Below the pieces are notes generated by a model, which saw nothing but the letters and a program-made list of their open reading frames with translations, ran no database searches and was not told the origin of the DNA. A DNA stretch of 64,000 nt from Lingula anatina (Eukaryota; Animalia; Brachiopoda): contig CM120645.1 of assembly GCA_051362555.1 (NCBI GenBank), positions 19,468,001 through 19,532,000 on the forward strand, given 5' to 3'. The position numbers and the translations under genes are program-made. This document shows, piece after piece, positions 24,601 to 37,877 of this stretch; position 1 is the stretch's first letter, and every line of letters starts with the position of its first letter.

Positions 24601-27600
24601 ATGGAGCATTCATTGTGTCAACCAATCAGGAAAAAGATGAGGTAAGTAACATTGACCGTGTCTGCCAATCAGGAGAAAGATTAGTTTAGGGATGCTATCT
24701 ATATCAGCCAATTAGAAGGAAGGTGAAGACCAAGTCAACTGTTTAGGGACTCGTGAAATGTGTGTATGGGGCTGATCTGTTGGTTTTATTTTTTTCTTTA
24801 AAAAGGATATTCTTGAAGTGAAAGCAACAGGGATGTCACTTGAATTGGTTAGAACCTGGAATTACTGAGAGAATTTATATAACTGTATAGTGATAACATT
24901 TATATAGTGTATGGTGGAAACCTTTTTTATTCCAGATTGGGCGCTTTTTTGGTGCAACAGAGCCGGCCCTGATGATGGAACTCTATAATGGATCTAGTCC
25001 TGTTTATAACAGGTGGGTTGTGAACCATGGCTAGTATAAATTATCTTCATATTGTGTTGTTATTTTAATATTATTTGGCAAAAAAGGGACTTAGAAAAAA
25101 GCCTGATTTAAGCTGGGAGGGAGGCTTGGCATAGATTTATTAATGTGAATACTTTTACAATAAATAAGTTTCAAGAACAATTATTTATCTCTACACAGAA
25201 ATTGGAAGGCTTGAAAAAAAAAACGGGTGGAATTTGGGAATGGGACAATAAGTGTACTATGAATTAGATTTTTTCACTGAAGCGATTTGTGTCCTGTTTT
25301 CTAGGGTACAGAACTATGACTGGCAGGGTGTATGTAAACAGCTGCAACTCAAAACAAGTGCTGGACCAAGATCATTCTTCATTGTAAGTCTCTAAAAAAC
25401 AATTGGAATTTACATATTTTCCTTGAATATCTTCATGCAACGTTTATTTGGAATTAAAAAAGAATATGCTCTGAAAAATGAATGTTCAAGAGCAGTTTTG
25501 CATTTGTATCATTTATCAATTTTTATCAGAAATTTTATGGAATGTTGTGTTTTTATATATATTCCCTCAATAAATTTGAGCAAATGTAATTATTGTTATT
25601 TTCCAGTATAATCTTTTATTATAAGTAAAACACAAAATTGAAAATAAAAAGTGGATAAAAAGAAAAGTTAGTTCACATAACATTACTTTGACAAATTAAA
25701 GCATTGGTTTTGAGAAAAAATAATATTGGAACAAGTAAAGATGTTCTGAATATAAAAGTTAGGAATCATTACCATTATTGCAACTGTTTCTTTGCCTTGA
25801 TAGCCCAGCATTCCAGTGTTTGAAATGCTGACAGTGAAATGGTGGACAAGCAGTGTGATGTGGTGAGTCAGTTTCAGTTTCACTTTCACTTTCATTTTAA
25901 GCTCTTACCATTTAGAAATGATTAAGGATTATTTCAAATGAACTTCCAATACAAAATTGACAGATTCATGGATGGCATTGTAAAGACATGACACCAGTTT
26001 GAACCAATTTTTATTTAATTAATGGAAGTTTTTTTTTTTTTTGTGCCATGAATTTATATAATTGTAATTTCTGATGAAGGCCTATCAGGTTTTTAGGAGA
26101 TGTTTTGAGGCTCTTTCAAGGCATTTTATTTATATCCACCATAATCTCACTTGATTGTGTTGTACTCATTTTTCTTCATGAAAGGTACTTATGTTACTTA
26201 ATAATGTCTGTTTTAGGGCATACTCAAATTTCAACTTATACAAGTAAGTTAGTGACATGTTGACATATAATATGAGTTATTTGTGTTTTTTTTTAAGATA
26301 AAAGATTAGAATCTCTTTTAGATCGATACCTTCAAGAAAGTGCAAACCATTTTCATTCTTTGATTTAAGTAAAACTTAAACTTTATTTGAAATAATGGTA
26401 ATAGATAATTTTGAGATAAGAAAGAAATGATGATCTGATTAATGGATTATAAATATTACATACATATCTTTATCAGGACAATTTTACGATTATGCACTAA
26501 TTTCTTTAATTGACTTTAACAGGCCTACCCAACTACCAGACTCGGCACATAAGGATCCTGAATTAACTGGTATATCGGACCACACTACCAGTTTTCAAGG
26601 TGTGTGTCAGATCGCATTTCGGAGTATTATACCCCAGAACAATTTTTGTAGGACGACCGCCGGCTCATCCTGTCGGTGTTCTGACTGATACTCTGAAATG
26701 CGATCTGACACACACCTTGAAAACGGGTAGTGTGGTCCGATATACCGGTTAATTCAGGATCCTTATGTGCAGAGTCTGGTAGTTGGGAAGGCCTGTTTAA
26801 CTACTTTTGTCTTATGTGTCAATCTGCAGTGTGTTCAGATAGAGTGCATTTTATTTTCAGTTGGATATTTGAATCAGCAAAGAGTTTTGGTGAGTGTTCT
26901 TTTTAATTGCAGTGTTTTCATAATCTACATATCATTTAATTGGATGTTCTCTTTGTATATTATTCATTATTTTGACCCACTGAATATTGTCAGTCATATA
27001 CGTTATATTGCTTTTTATATTTTTCTTTTTATTGAGGTTGAGAAAAGAGTAGTTAAGTTTGCATTATCTATAAAAAGGAGACGGGACTGGATCCACTGTT
27101 TTTATATATTTTATGGATATTCAGGCGTTTAATGTAGCTTATACTGTGATTTTGGCTGCTAACATTTTATAATCTGTACCCTTCCCAGCATATGCCCAAC
27201 AAGACTCAGGAGATGGTGGCAGTGAGAAGAATGAGAGTTGCGTTACGGAGCAAGTTCAATACTACTTCACAGATGTCACCTCACTTTATTCTGAACTTGT
27301 CTGTGAAAATTGCACAAGGTATGGTCCAAAAAAGTGTGTGTGTGTCTGTGTGTGTGTGTGCGTGCATGCATGCATGCGTGTGTGTGTATGTGTGCCTTTG
27401 TGGTTATGGCTGAGTATGTGCATGAGTGATTAAGTGACCTAGCATTTCTGTGTGCCTGCATGCACAATTTCAATACACAAGTTTCTAAAACTTAACTTTC
27501 AATCATTCATTCATTCATTGCATTTGTAGCAGCATTTTTAAATAGAAATTTTGAACTCTTTCTTTATTTCTTATTCTAGGCAGTACTCTGTGGAAAAGGT

Positions 27601-28442
27601 TACTGGCACCAATCTTCTGCTTGTGGTAGCAGAGCCCCCCTGTGGACCAGAATGTGACCCCCTGTCTCCAGAACCCAAAAGAGGCCCATATGACACACGT
27701 GAAGGTAGGGCTGCCGAACACAATACCACTGATTGAATTTTACATGAATTGTGCATCTTTTACATGGTGGTTTTGAGTTCTCAAAATAAATAATTTTTTT
27801 ATCAGATTTATTTGATGAGAATTGATTGAATTGCCCACTGGTGAGAATTGGCTTCAGATTGATTAGTTTTGCTAAATAATTGATATTGAGTCTTGAATTC
27901 TGTAACAAAGTGTGGCAAATGGGCATTTTTAACCAAAAATTAAATGTCTGATTAATTCACCCTGTTCTCTTAAACAGCCCCTGTACATTCTGTAAATCTG
28001 TTTTTCTAGACCCAGACGTGCCAGCAGGTGGCCCTGGTGTGTGTGAAGCATCGCGGTCACCAAGGTATCGCCTGCGCCCACAGGGTTGCTATGACTTCGA
28101 TGATAGGGTGAGTACAAAAATTTATCTTTACAATTGTTTCTCAAAGTCCTATAGTGTGTGTTAGACCTGTAAATTGCAAAATAATTAATTTATCTAGAAA
28201 TTTCAATATGGTGTGTCTCGGTGATTCATGTTTTATTCTCTTTTATGATTTGTTATCAGGAACTTTATCTCTTACGTGAATTTTGTCATGAGTTTGGGTC
28301 ACATGTTCATAAATCTCTTTATCTCATTCAGGAGGAATATGACAAGTGCCGAGGCTGCGGATTGGTGGCTCCCAGCATCCTCTTCATCCTTTCGATACAG
28401 CTTGCCGTGTCCTTGCTTGGCAGGGTACTACAACAAGGCTGA
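2091..28442 (+). CDS. CACNA2D: Voltage-dependent calcium channel alpha2delta subunit (multi-exon; 5' exons lie outside the window)
   Basis: Frame-consistent GT-AG exons: 2091-2150, 2743-2872 ([12 protein letters not shown]), 3292-3423 ([17 protein letters not shown]), 4565-4670 ([17 protein letters not shown]), 5139-5238 (completes DTSGS MIDAS), 5618-5797, 6235-6372 ([11 protein letters not shown]), 6660-6738, 7117-7166, [one of 7845-7928 / 8924-9007 / 10273-10356 / 12795-12878], 16147-16203, 16842-16919 (ILGVMGVDV), 17590-17664 ([10 protein letters not shown]), 17931-18002, 18534-18605, 18790-18919, 19854-19914, 22037-22143, 22577-22667, 23103-23165, 23401-23504, 23790-23885, 24493-24641 ([11 protein letters not shown]), 24936-25012 (IGRFFG), 25305-25383, 25804-25862, 26217-26243, 26861-26889, 27189-27318, 27580-27704 (TNLLLVVA), 28010-28107 (PRYR), 28332-28442 (hydrophobic GPI-signal-like tail, TGA). 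The motifs match the alpha2delta family; the paralog number cannot be assigned. Confidence 0.96.
2886..2970. repeat. (CA)n microsatellite
   Basis: Uninterrupted CA run just after the donor at 2873. Confidence 0.97.
3530..3744 (+). mobile_element. Tourist/PIF-Harbinger-like MITE, family A copy 1
   Basis: 215 bp; imperfect TIRs (CATTCCCACAGATTT..AGATCGATC / GATCGATCTAAATCT.TGG.AATG); TTA on both flanks; near-identical copies at 54184 and 61315. Confidence 0.88.
7227..7293 (+). promoter_or_regulatory. Putative upstream RNA docking region of the alternative exon cluster
   Basis: 7237-7249 is the exact reverse complement of 9218-9230; 7283-7293 is the exact reverse complement of 10364-10374. Confidence 0.45.
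7845..7928 (+). CDS. CACNA2D: alpha2delta alternative exon A ([28 protein letters not shown])
   Basis: cctag|...|gtatgg; 84 nt, phase 0/0, open frame; homologous to the vertebrate EYLDVLGRPMVL..WTNVYLDAL segment. Confidence 0.9.
8924..9007 (+). CDS. CACNA2D: alpha2delta alternative exon B ([28 protein letters not shown])
   Basis: tttcag|...|gtacac; 84 nt, phase 0/0; GRPM and YLDA motifs. Confidence 0.9.
10273..10356 (+). CDS. CACNA2D: alpha2delta alternative exon C ([28 protein letters not shown])
   Basis: catcag|...|gtaaag; exactly 84 nt, phase 0/0, open frame; Y-x-D in the same position as in A, B and D; the most divergent copy. Confidence 0.8.
10528..10554 (+). promoter_or_regulatory. 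Putative downstream RNA docking site of the alternative exon cluster
   Basis: ACACAAAGCACAGGGTCATGTTTCACA is complementary to both 8354-8382 and 9686-9708 over overlapping bases. Confidence 0.6.
12795..12878 (+). CDS. CACNA2D: alpha2delta alternative exon D ([28 protein letters not shown])
   Basis: tctcag|...|gtaaca; 84 nt, phase 0/0; retains the canonical VL.RP..L and WT.VY.DAL. Confidence 0.92.
13257..13723. repeat. 36-bp minisatellite, about 13 copies
   Basis: Unit GTTAAGCCATGTCAGATGGCTGGTTTACACACAGTT; explains the repetitive ORFs at 13241-13736. Confidence 0.96.
16267..16355. repeat. (TTTA)n/(TTA)n microsatellite
   Basis: Visible simple repeat. Confidence 0.9.
17033..17189. mobile_element. 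MITE with ~30-bp TIRs (Harbinger-like termini)
   Basis: CCCCCTTTACACTGGACGGCGT.CTTTCTGCG ... CGCAGAAAG.ACGCCGTCCAGTGTAAAGGGGG; CpG-rich island in a CpG-poor intron. Confidence 0.8.
18872..19408. repeat. ~61-bp tandem repeat spanning an exon/intron junction, 8-9 copies
   Basis: Unit ATTATTCCATAGTTTATCCTGAGGTCACAGGATATCAAGCTAAGCAATGTGAGTACTGATA(A/T); the first copy overlaps exon 18790-18919. Confidence 0.95.
20150..22017 (+). mobile_element. Non-autonomous Helentron/HINE-like element with an internal ~146-bp tandem array
   Basis: Subterminal inverted repeat GTACCACCAGC (~20154) / GCTGGTGGTAC (~21969); 5' hairpin; 3' stem-loop ending in CTAGT; T-rich flanks; GAAGTCAT recurs about every 146 bp from ~20980 to ~21565. 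Confidence 0.75.
26520..26795. mobile_element. Foldback MITE with ~110-bp inverted arms and TTTAA target-site duplication
   Basis: CAGGCCT.CCCAACTACCAGACTC... matches its reverse complement ...GAGTCTGGTAGTTGGG.AGGCCTG; TTTAA directly flanks both ends. Confidence 0.9.
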
Positions 28443-31400
28443 GGTCTGTAAGGATGCCCTTTGATGGAGGCATGTAAGGAAATCAGGAATTGGGAATTGT
28501 CAGTGCTGTGGTCTGGATGTAGAGAAAAGAGGAGACGAAAATAACCAAATATGTGTACCAGTAAGGCATTTTGATCGAGTTCTTCGCAAAGATGTGAAAC
28601 TTTTGATAAAAATTTTGTCTTTATTATCAAACCCCACCACAAAATGTGCACCAGTATTGTGCTGTTCCATAGTTCTAATAGAACACCAGAGGGTTGCACA
28701 TACACCATTCAAAAACACCAAATGGCAGCCTTTTTCTCAGTTACGGAACAGTAGGTGTCACCACAGTGGAGAAAGGAATTTTAACACTAGATGTCACTAT
28801 ATGTAATTTTGTCTTCTCACCACATTCCCTTCTGTCATTTCTGACAGTGATAATGCCTGATGCTGTAATGTTAAAAAGTTAATGATAGAAAAACTAATTT
28901 ATCAAATTCTAATGCCTGGAAGCCCAAAACTAATCGAAAAATTGTTTACAAAGTCATCATTCAAGTTATCCAGGATTTAAATATATAAGATGTGTTGTGA
29001 GTTATCTTTTTGTTTTCTTTACATTGTACTCGGATTAATTAGACTTGCGGGAATATCAAACAAACCTACATTGGGTGCCTATTTTAATGAATGGTATAAT
29101 ATTGAGTATTATTAGTATACTTTCTAAAGAAAATTGAATATCCTCTTGGAAAAGTGAAGATATGCTGTTTATAGGGTCACTGTGATGGTAATGACTGGTT
29201 GTAATGTTGTATCAGCAGTCTTTTTTCTCAAACAGTGTTTGTACATGTAGAACATATTTTCACCATAAATATGTCATATTTTTATACATTTAGGCATAGG
29301 AAAGTATACCATTTTTACATAGAAATACACTGTCTGTTGTGGTCACAAATATGAAAGATCTGTATGTTATTTATCTTATTTGTCTTAACACAATTAGCCA
29401 TTTACTTGATAAATTTTTTTATGACTTTAATTTTGGCATTGAGCTCTAACAGTGGTCCCAGTTTACCTTCATGTATTATAATGCATTGTGATCTAATTGA
29501 TTGGTTTATATAGCTAATTTTTGAATGTCTATTATGCTGTGCATTTGATTTTATATATAAGTAATGGAATTGCATTTCTAGTATGGCACAAAACCAGATT
29601 ACTGTACAAGGTCAGATCCACACACCCCACCCACCTCAACCAACACACACACACACGCACACACACACACACCTGATATCATTGTCTTTTCACATGACTT
29701 TTGTACAGTAAATTTAACTCTTTTACCTAAAATATTAACATTTTAAGTTATTTTTTCTTTCATTTAGTGATTATTTCAGGATTGGTCAATATAATATATT
29801 ATATTAGTGAAATTTGTGAATTGGAAGGCTAACATAATTGTCATTTGAGACAGTAGTTTAAACTGCTGTATACATATTTTTCGATCAAGAACTAAGTTGT
29901 AGCTTAAACTTAGTTAACTGATCATAATGTATCGTATCTCTTGGTGGGACAGAAAAAAAAATGATAAAGCTACAGAATCTCAAGTCATCTGTGAAGAAAA
30001 AAATTCTTTAATAAATATCCTTTTTTGTGCTCAGTGTATTGAACATGAAATATTTTTAAAAGAATTTTACTTGTAGAAAATGTTCTTTTTAGAATTGCTT
30101 TATTCTCTTGTGTTGTGTCACAAAAGAGTATATTTAAGGGAGAAAGGTTAAGTCTGAAAACACTCAAGTTCACTTAAATTCATCTGAGTTATTGTGTCAG
30201 CAATCTGATTTCAGATTCACCACTCTCAGTATTAAGGTTGAATTTCATCTTTTATTTAGAGGGGAATAACTGTGCATGTATGTCAACCCAATCCAAACAC
30301 AGGAGTTCAGTGATAAGGTTATGGACAGCTAGGATTTTGTACCCTGAGTGTCAGAGAAACGTAAAAGCTAGCTTGCTAAATATACCTCGTGGTGGAGTCG
30401 CTTTTACGGTATTGTTTTTTCTGGTATTGTTGATATGGGTTATATATGAAATCAAGATCGAGCTGACAATACCGGAATCTAGAACCTAGGGTAGGATTTT
30501 GGTGATTTCTCAGTAAATGTAGAAAAGGCAGTAATCTTCATGTTAGATGTTAAATTATTAAAAGTGAAGTATTGGAATGAGTGAGATGTTAAAAAATTTT
30601 AACAGTTATGTAATTGTAGGATACATTTCACAATTTGTGTAAGTATTTCACATCTGTGCAGTGGAAACTTATAGTAGTGCACTTAAGTAATGAGACAGTA
30701 GACCATATGTTGCACAAAAGAGTCATCATGATTTTTTTTTTTTTTTTTTTTACCAAAACGGCAACATTTTAGTCAACCGTTGTTGAACTTGTGTATAGAT
30801 ATGACAACTTCTTTCACTTTTTAAAGCTCGAAGAGGGTCAAAATGTAGATTTGCAGAAAAAAGATAGGGGCCCAAATAAAGACCATTTTGATGATATGTA
30901 CAAGATCTATTTAAGACTGTCAATAGTCTTATCACTGAGCTCCTGCCACACCCATTTTAAATGGAATTTTGTTATTTCCTTGATATTTTATTCATTTAAT
31001 TGTATCGATCCATATTCATATCCCTGTTATAAGTAATTAACTTACCAGCAAGGAAGGAATTGTTCACTGACCATTTTTCAGTGTTTATTCAGCTAGGAAA
31101 ACCATTTTGTTTGATATCTAGTTGTGCTTTACTTATCTTTGGTATAAAGTGAATTAGTTAGACCTTATTAACATGCAAAGAGTTTTGTTTTGGTCAAAAG
31201 CATAAGAGGCACTTTTTGTTGCTTCAAAAGCAAATGAGTTCAGGGTTTTTAAAAGGAAAATATCATGGTAACTAAAATTTAACTGTAAAAAAAATATTGA
31301 AATTTGATATAAGAAAACTGTATTTTTAATTGTGAGATATTGAGAAATATGGCAGTATGCTAAAAAAAATCAAAATTATAATTGGTCATTTTGCACCAAT

Positions 31401-33074
31401 AATTCGCACCTTATGCCTGTAAACTTTTTGAAAGCCTTTTGTTCTCATATTAATGATTACATGACCAATTGACAAATCTGTGTATACTGGAAAGTATCTA
31501 ATTCACCTTGTAAAGTTAGTGCAATTTATACATGTATTAAGAGGAAAACAGTAAGGCTCATTAATGACTGGTGAAACAAAATTCAGAATTAGTCTTTGGA
31601 CTGCTATGTATGTAATTTTATTATCTCAAGTAGGTATGGGGTCCCTTTTGGACCCTCTCATTTGCTGCCAGTGTGATGATGTCATTTATTGCAGACTTTT
31701 TTTTTTTAATTTAAGTTAGACTAGTTTTGAATACACATGTAATCTCACTTTAAGGGGTTGTGCAATACGGGACAAGCTTATGATAAATGTTCTGTTGCAT
31801 TTTTACTTGCGCTAGTTACTATTTGTGCAGGTGCATTCAACATTGTTGTGTATTTAAATATTTAAAATATCTTAATTTGGAGGGTTCACACATCATGTTC
31901 TAAATGGATCTGCTTATTTAAGACTGAACGTTAAGACATTTTAGACTGCGTAAAATCTCTCTGTGTGTAGCCAACAAGTTTTTTTGATTTGTTTATATTA
32001 GAATATGCCTGTTGTGTTCACTTCGTCAGATAATTAGCAATTTTTCGACTGAAGAAAGAAAATGGATGCAAAGAAAATAGCTGGTGATTATAGAGTATAG
32101 AGCACTTACAAGTAGACATTTTCATTTGCATCTAATATTCAGATCTGCATTTATTTTGAACTGGAAATGGTCCAGATGACGCCACAGGCCGACAGATTGG
32201 TTAGCCTTTGATTCGTGGTATCAGGCCACGATGAGGGGCCCTTTAGGGTTCCCTGTGATCTGCTTTGCCTGGTGACGTCATAAAGACAATTTCTGGTTAA
32301 GGTTAGCACATTTCTGAGGACGTGTTTAGGACGCATTTCCTGTTACTCACTAAGACGGCACTCGTGTGAGCGTCAGTAGCTTTGTTGGATTGTTTTGTGC
32401 GTATGCCATTTGCCTATTGTTTTAAACTAGTGATGTAATGGTCACATGACACCCTGTAACATAACACAAACCCAGAGTTAAAACAGTTGTAATATTATCA
32501 TGTTTGTTGTTTGTTCTTCATTCTTATACAACATTCTTCGTTATTCGTGGAATTTTAACATTCGTTGTACAGTAAACAGTTTGTATTAAAGTTATGAATA
32601 TGGTAATCATCATTTGTGTTTACTGGCAAATGTATATTTCATTAAGTTATACATGTAGTGTTGAGAACCTAAAGTTGCAAAAGAAGAAAACAAATCTGAA
32701 TCTTTAAAATGAGTGGCAAAAAGCAAAATTTGGCTCTCTTGGATTTGTGCTAAAGGATTTATCACACTTGGTAAAGTATCTTTCAAACTAAGTAGCAAAG
32801 ACAACCAGGGAGCCTGCAAATATAGCAGGTTCATATGCTGAGGAAAAATCGTTTAAAAGCTATTTAATGTAATGAAGTGACAATGTTGATCAGATTGCAT
32901 TTTATGGTGTGTGTGTGGGGGGGGTGGGGGGGGGGGGGGAGAGAGAGAGAAACTGCACTAACAGAGAAACTGCACAGTTAATTTCCGTATTCTAATTACA
33001 GCGTTTTAAGTTCACATAGCCACGAACCTCCTACATTACATGCTTATCTTATGAAATAACGTCAGTACATACAG

Positions 33075-33241
33075 CAGGAGCGGATTCAGGCCGTCTTCTG
33101 GGTCTTCCGGAAGACGGTCAGATTTTCAAGTTTACATTGAAAGTTGTCTAATTTTTACGTCGGAAGACGGTCAAAAATGAAGAATGGATCAACAAAGATA
33201 ATTTGGAAGACTGTCAGAAAATATCTCTGAATCCGCCCCTG
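33075..33241. mobile_element. hAT-like MITE
   Basis: TIRs CAGGAGCGGATTCAG / CTGAATCCGCCCCTG; TACAG directly flanks both ends. Confidence 0.75.
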
Positions 33242-36200
33242 TACAGTACACCTCAGCTGATGCCGTCTGGAAAGGATTTACTTACTTATACAGTAACATG
33301 ATAGTTATTGTTCATTATTTGTCACCTATCTTGTTCTCTTGCCGCCAGCTTTTTTTTAATCAAAACTGCTATCGTTTCTTGTGACCAATTGAGGATTGCT
33401 ATAGATGTAGAGTACGGGTTCGGCATCATTAGATTGCAGGCAGTAAATCGGATTGTGAGGTCAATGTATCTTTGCCTGCAGAATGCAAGTGCAAATTGGG
33501 TATATGCATCAAATCAAAGGCTTATTACGGTTCCGTTCAGATAATGTTTATTGACAAAAGAGAGGGGGAGGGAGAAACTAGACACAAGAAACCGTAACGA
33601 AGAGTGCTTTCAATATAAATATGATATCTTCAAAACTTTAAAACTGCATAATCAGTTTTAAAGTGAAAATCAACATTCCAGCATATCTCAGAGTTGGAAA
33701 AGACACGATAAGATGTAGTGTCTGAATAGACCGAAAGCGGGTAAACGATGATGTTGGCAAAAAGCATCGGAGGAGGGAGGCAAACGAGCTATACAATTTG
33801 TTTAAGCAGGTGTTCCGACTTGTGGGAATATCGAGTTGTCAAAGGTTACAGTTTAAGTTACAGGGTTATTTTGACAACCGCTGGAATAAAAATGTCTTAA
33901 TCAAAATGGAAATCTAGTCGTATTTGTATCTGTAACTGTTTCATGACTTTTTCTAAAAACAACAGCCGGATTTTTATAAGGTGATGAAGTGGTCATAGTA
34001 AAATGCTTTCTTTATTTTGTCGTGCGCCCTCAAAGATTCAACCGTTTAATCGGTTCCAGTTTTCTGGGAATTTTCCTTTTTGAAGTGTACTGTTACGTTG
34101 GAAAATGTTTTGATTTCCATGTCCATGTCACCAACAGCTAGTCGTAGCCTTACTGAACGGAATGAAGGGAAAAGGAAGAAAATATTCAGAAATTAGTTTT
34201 ATTGGTACAGTTTTTGCCGACACAAACAGGTGTACATGTAATCGTCCAACTTTGGGACATATGCACATACCTCAGTGATGCATTACACGAAACGTTGGGG
34301 AATTAAAAAGAAAACTTTCCTGCCTGGAGCGCTTCATATCTTATTAACCAGTTTCATCTTTGAAGTTGCGTATTACTTCTCTATTAACAGGAATGCGACC
34401 TCATAAACAAATACTATATAGAAATATTATGCAACACTGGCAGTGTTAATACACATTAGATAGGCCTACACGAAGTAATCTGGTTGATGAACCCCACATT
34501 CAATCAATCTTTATTGGACATAGCTCATTTGTTGACAAAGAATACGACCTAAAAATTATATAGTGCAATAATTTCATATGTTTTAACATAAAAATCTCTA
34601 AATAATAATATATATATATATATGTATATGTAAACAAGTTCACTTGACATACAAAATTAGATAAGATTCCTAAAGGTGTGCATTTAACAGTATAAAGAGT
34701 AATAGAAATGCATTATTGCTCGAAATACCCATACTTTACGAAACAACACCAAATTCTTACAACCAAAAGTGAAGACAGAACGTTTTAACAGTTCCTTTAT
34801 TAATTATTGGCTTTTTAATTTGTAGTAATTTATGAACGTCTTTTTTTAATCTGTAGTATTTTAGGAACAGTTTGTTGTTTTATAATTTAAAGTTTATTGT
34901 CAATTTTCTTTTAAACATACTTCGTACAACTTCAACCTTAGGGTTGCAATTTTACCTAATAAATGATTATATTATTCCTCTAAGTATAGGTAAATGATGA
35001 TTGGTTCCAGGTTTCGGTATTGCCAGTTTGATCTTGATTTCTTATATATCCCACATCAGCAACACTATAAAGTATACCCGTGGAAAGGGTATACTTTATA
35101 GTGGTTTAGTAAGACAACTCTTTCTTCGCTGCACACGGCTATATACTGATAATATATTGATAATGTACCGGAGAAATAATTTCTCCGTGTGGCAAACTGT
35201 ATTACCAATGGCTTTCTAAAGCAAGGACTAATGACTAGGTGCGATCCGCTATATCATCAACACTATGGTAAATATATAGAAATCCATAACATTGACGTAT
35301 TTAATTAAACTAAAACTAATACAAAAAGGTGTCATACGCATATAATTTCTCGGTTTGTGCATAGGCTTATGCTTAAAATTATTAAAAGATGAATGGAAAT
35401 ATTAATGAAATGTCAGAGGATTGTATCTCAAAATACCGCAGCTTTTTGGCCTTATCTTTGAGTGCTTTACCTCTTGATCAGGTCACTAAATTGATGTACC
35501 TACACTATTGAAAAAGTTCAAAGGGGTTGACCTCTCAAAATGAAAGTACGATGAGTTTGATAACCCAGGCATTTTGTCTCTTTCACTATTCTCAAACAGT
35601 ACGCCAAATTATATGTAAACTTAAAGGAAACTGCACATCTTGGTTTTCTTCAGGTGTTCAGTTTGCCATGCGATGTGCGTACGGTGATGCACTGTGTGGA
35701 GGCATGCAGTGGCCTTAATGCTAAATCGTGCGAAATTCACTGTCTCCTAATATCCGTAGCCTGTGCGATTCAGTTGTGCTAAAACATCTATTAAAAAATT
35801 TTAAATCGTAAGCCCCGTAGACCCAACCATTATCGTAAAGATGCTGATAATTAAGAGTAATTCACTTGCATCAATTTCAAGTCGTACGTTTCCCTCTGAC
35901 CACACTGGTGCCTAAAATCGTAGGGTGCCCGATAACGTATCGATCTGCAACTGCACCGAGACTGAAAGTGCTCCGTGCGATCGCTTTTCACACAACAACT
36001 GATTTTCCCTACGCGACCTTAAGGCCATGTAGGAGAAATGGCATTGTACCCGCACGTCATGTAGACACTTCCGATGGTAAAAAAAAAAAAAGAAAAAAAA
36101 ACATCGAACGGAAAATCGTATACAGTTTCACCGCGAGGCACCCGTGCCATATGTAATCTAGGCTTTAGTGTACAGCGAAAGGCTTAGTGTACTGTGTGTG

Positions 36201-36644
36201 ACAGAGAATATCACGGTCATCAATAAACTCAACGTACTTTCGTCTTGAGAGTCCAACCCCCTTGCTGTTTCCGGAAAAACATTCACCAAATTGATCTTAG
36301 TGCGAAGTAATCCAATTATCTTAAGGATATAGTATTCCAGTAATGGACATTAAAACGAGTATGTTAACGTTGTTAGGAGATATAATAATTGAATTGTTTG
36401 TAGGAATGCCATATACTGTTTTATCATTTTATTAATGTGCATCTGTATAACACGTAAACGCCAAAAAGTCAGAATTGCATTAAATACACGAACACTGGAC
36501 ACGGATAACATTCCGTTCCTTGATTTCGACATTGTTGCTATCTTTCTCTATTTTTTTTTTATAATTCCTTTTCCATATTTAATTTTCTAATGTTTTTAAA
36601 CATCAATTCTTTTTATTTCTCTCCATTTGTTTTCATTTTTCTTT

Positions 36645-36679
<35 letters not shown>

Positions 36680-37877
36680 TTTTGAAAACCCCTGACGCAT
36701 GGCTGCAGGCTATTCGTCTCTTATTTGTCCTAAACGCGTTTCTTGACATGTGCGCTTTCCTTCCAATCGAGAAGTCTTGTAACAGCTACAATTATCAAGA
36801 AAGATCAGCGGAAATTAAGAGCCCAGACATAAGCACCGTTATGTGAGAAGTATATCACCTGATAAAAAAGATAATTACCTTACATGGGAAACCCGTGGAA
36901 ATAATCTACCCACCTCTTTACAGGGTTAGAAAATCGACAGATTCCACACAGTTTATCTTTGCTGGTTTCAGTTAAACAGAAGTCTTGTCATTTGGCGCCA
37001 TTTTGCCTGCCATATGTTAAAAGACTGAATATTGGCTTAGGTCCGTATAATATAATATAATATAATATAATATAATATAATATAATATAATATAATATTT
37101 GCTTTCTATTTTCCATAGCCATCATGAAGGAAGTCCAAAAATTACACTATTGAAATTCAAGTTTTAGGGGTCTCTAGTTCATAAATAATCCAACGGGACT
37201 GGATATGACTACCGTGTTGATTAGGAATAATAGTACTATATGTATACATATAGTACTATTAGGAATAATAGTACTATATGTATACATTGGTGAATTAAGG
37301 CCAGGAGTTCAAAATTCAAAAAATATGTCTAATAGTCATTGCGTGACTTTAAACTATCATAATAATTGTGAAAAGTTCTAAGCTGCTCACAGTTTACCAT
37401 GAAACTTTGATAATACGACAAGGAATGAAACACTAAAATTAATAAGCACGGCGTGTTCTGGAAATATACATCAAGCTTCCTTCGTGCCGTTTAACTAACA
37501 TGACCTGGTCTAAAAATCGTTTCATTAAAGTGCACCTGTACAACACGTGAACGCCAAAAGGTCAACGGTCTTACAAAATTTGAATTGTTTCTAAAGATAC
37601 AACACTTAATTTGCCATTTCGAACCTTCACCAAAGGGCTTGATCAAGTGGCTAACCCGTAGAGCCGAGGTCGGGTATTAAGATGTCAGCCATTTTTCACC
37701 ATCGAAACAGTGAAAAAACAAATAGACTGTAGCACTTTTTAATTTTTGTGCTTCAAGACTTGTGATGAAAAGAAGCACGAGAACTTTTTTACTTATATAA
37801 TAACATCATAGTTGTGGTTCATAATATGTCACCTATGTTGTTCTTTTGCCGCGAGATTTTTTCCATCAAAACAAGTA

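Noticed and set aside
35700-36170. CpG-rich segment with recurring CGTA motifs, possibly a MITE
   Set aside because: No convincing matching TIRs or TSD.
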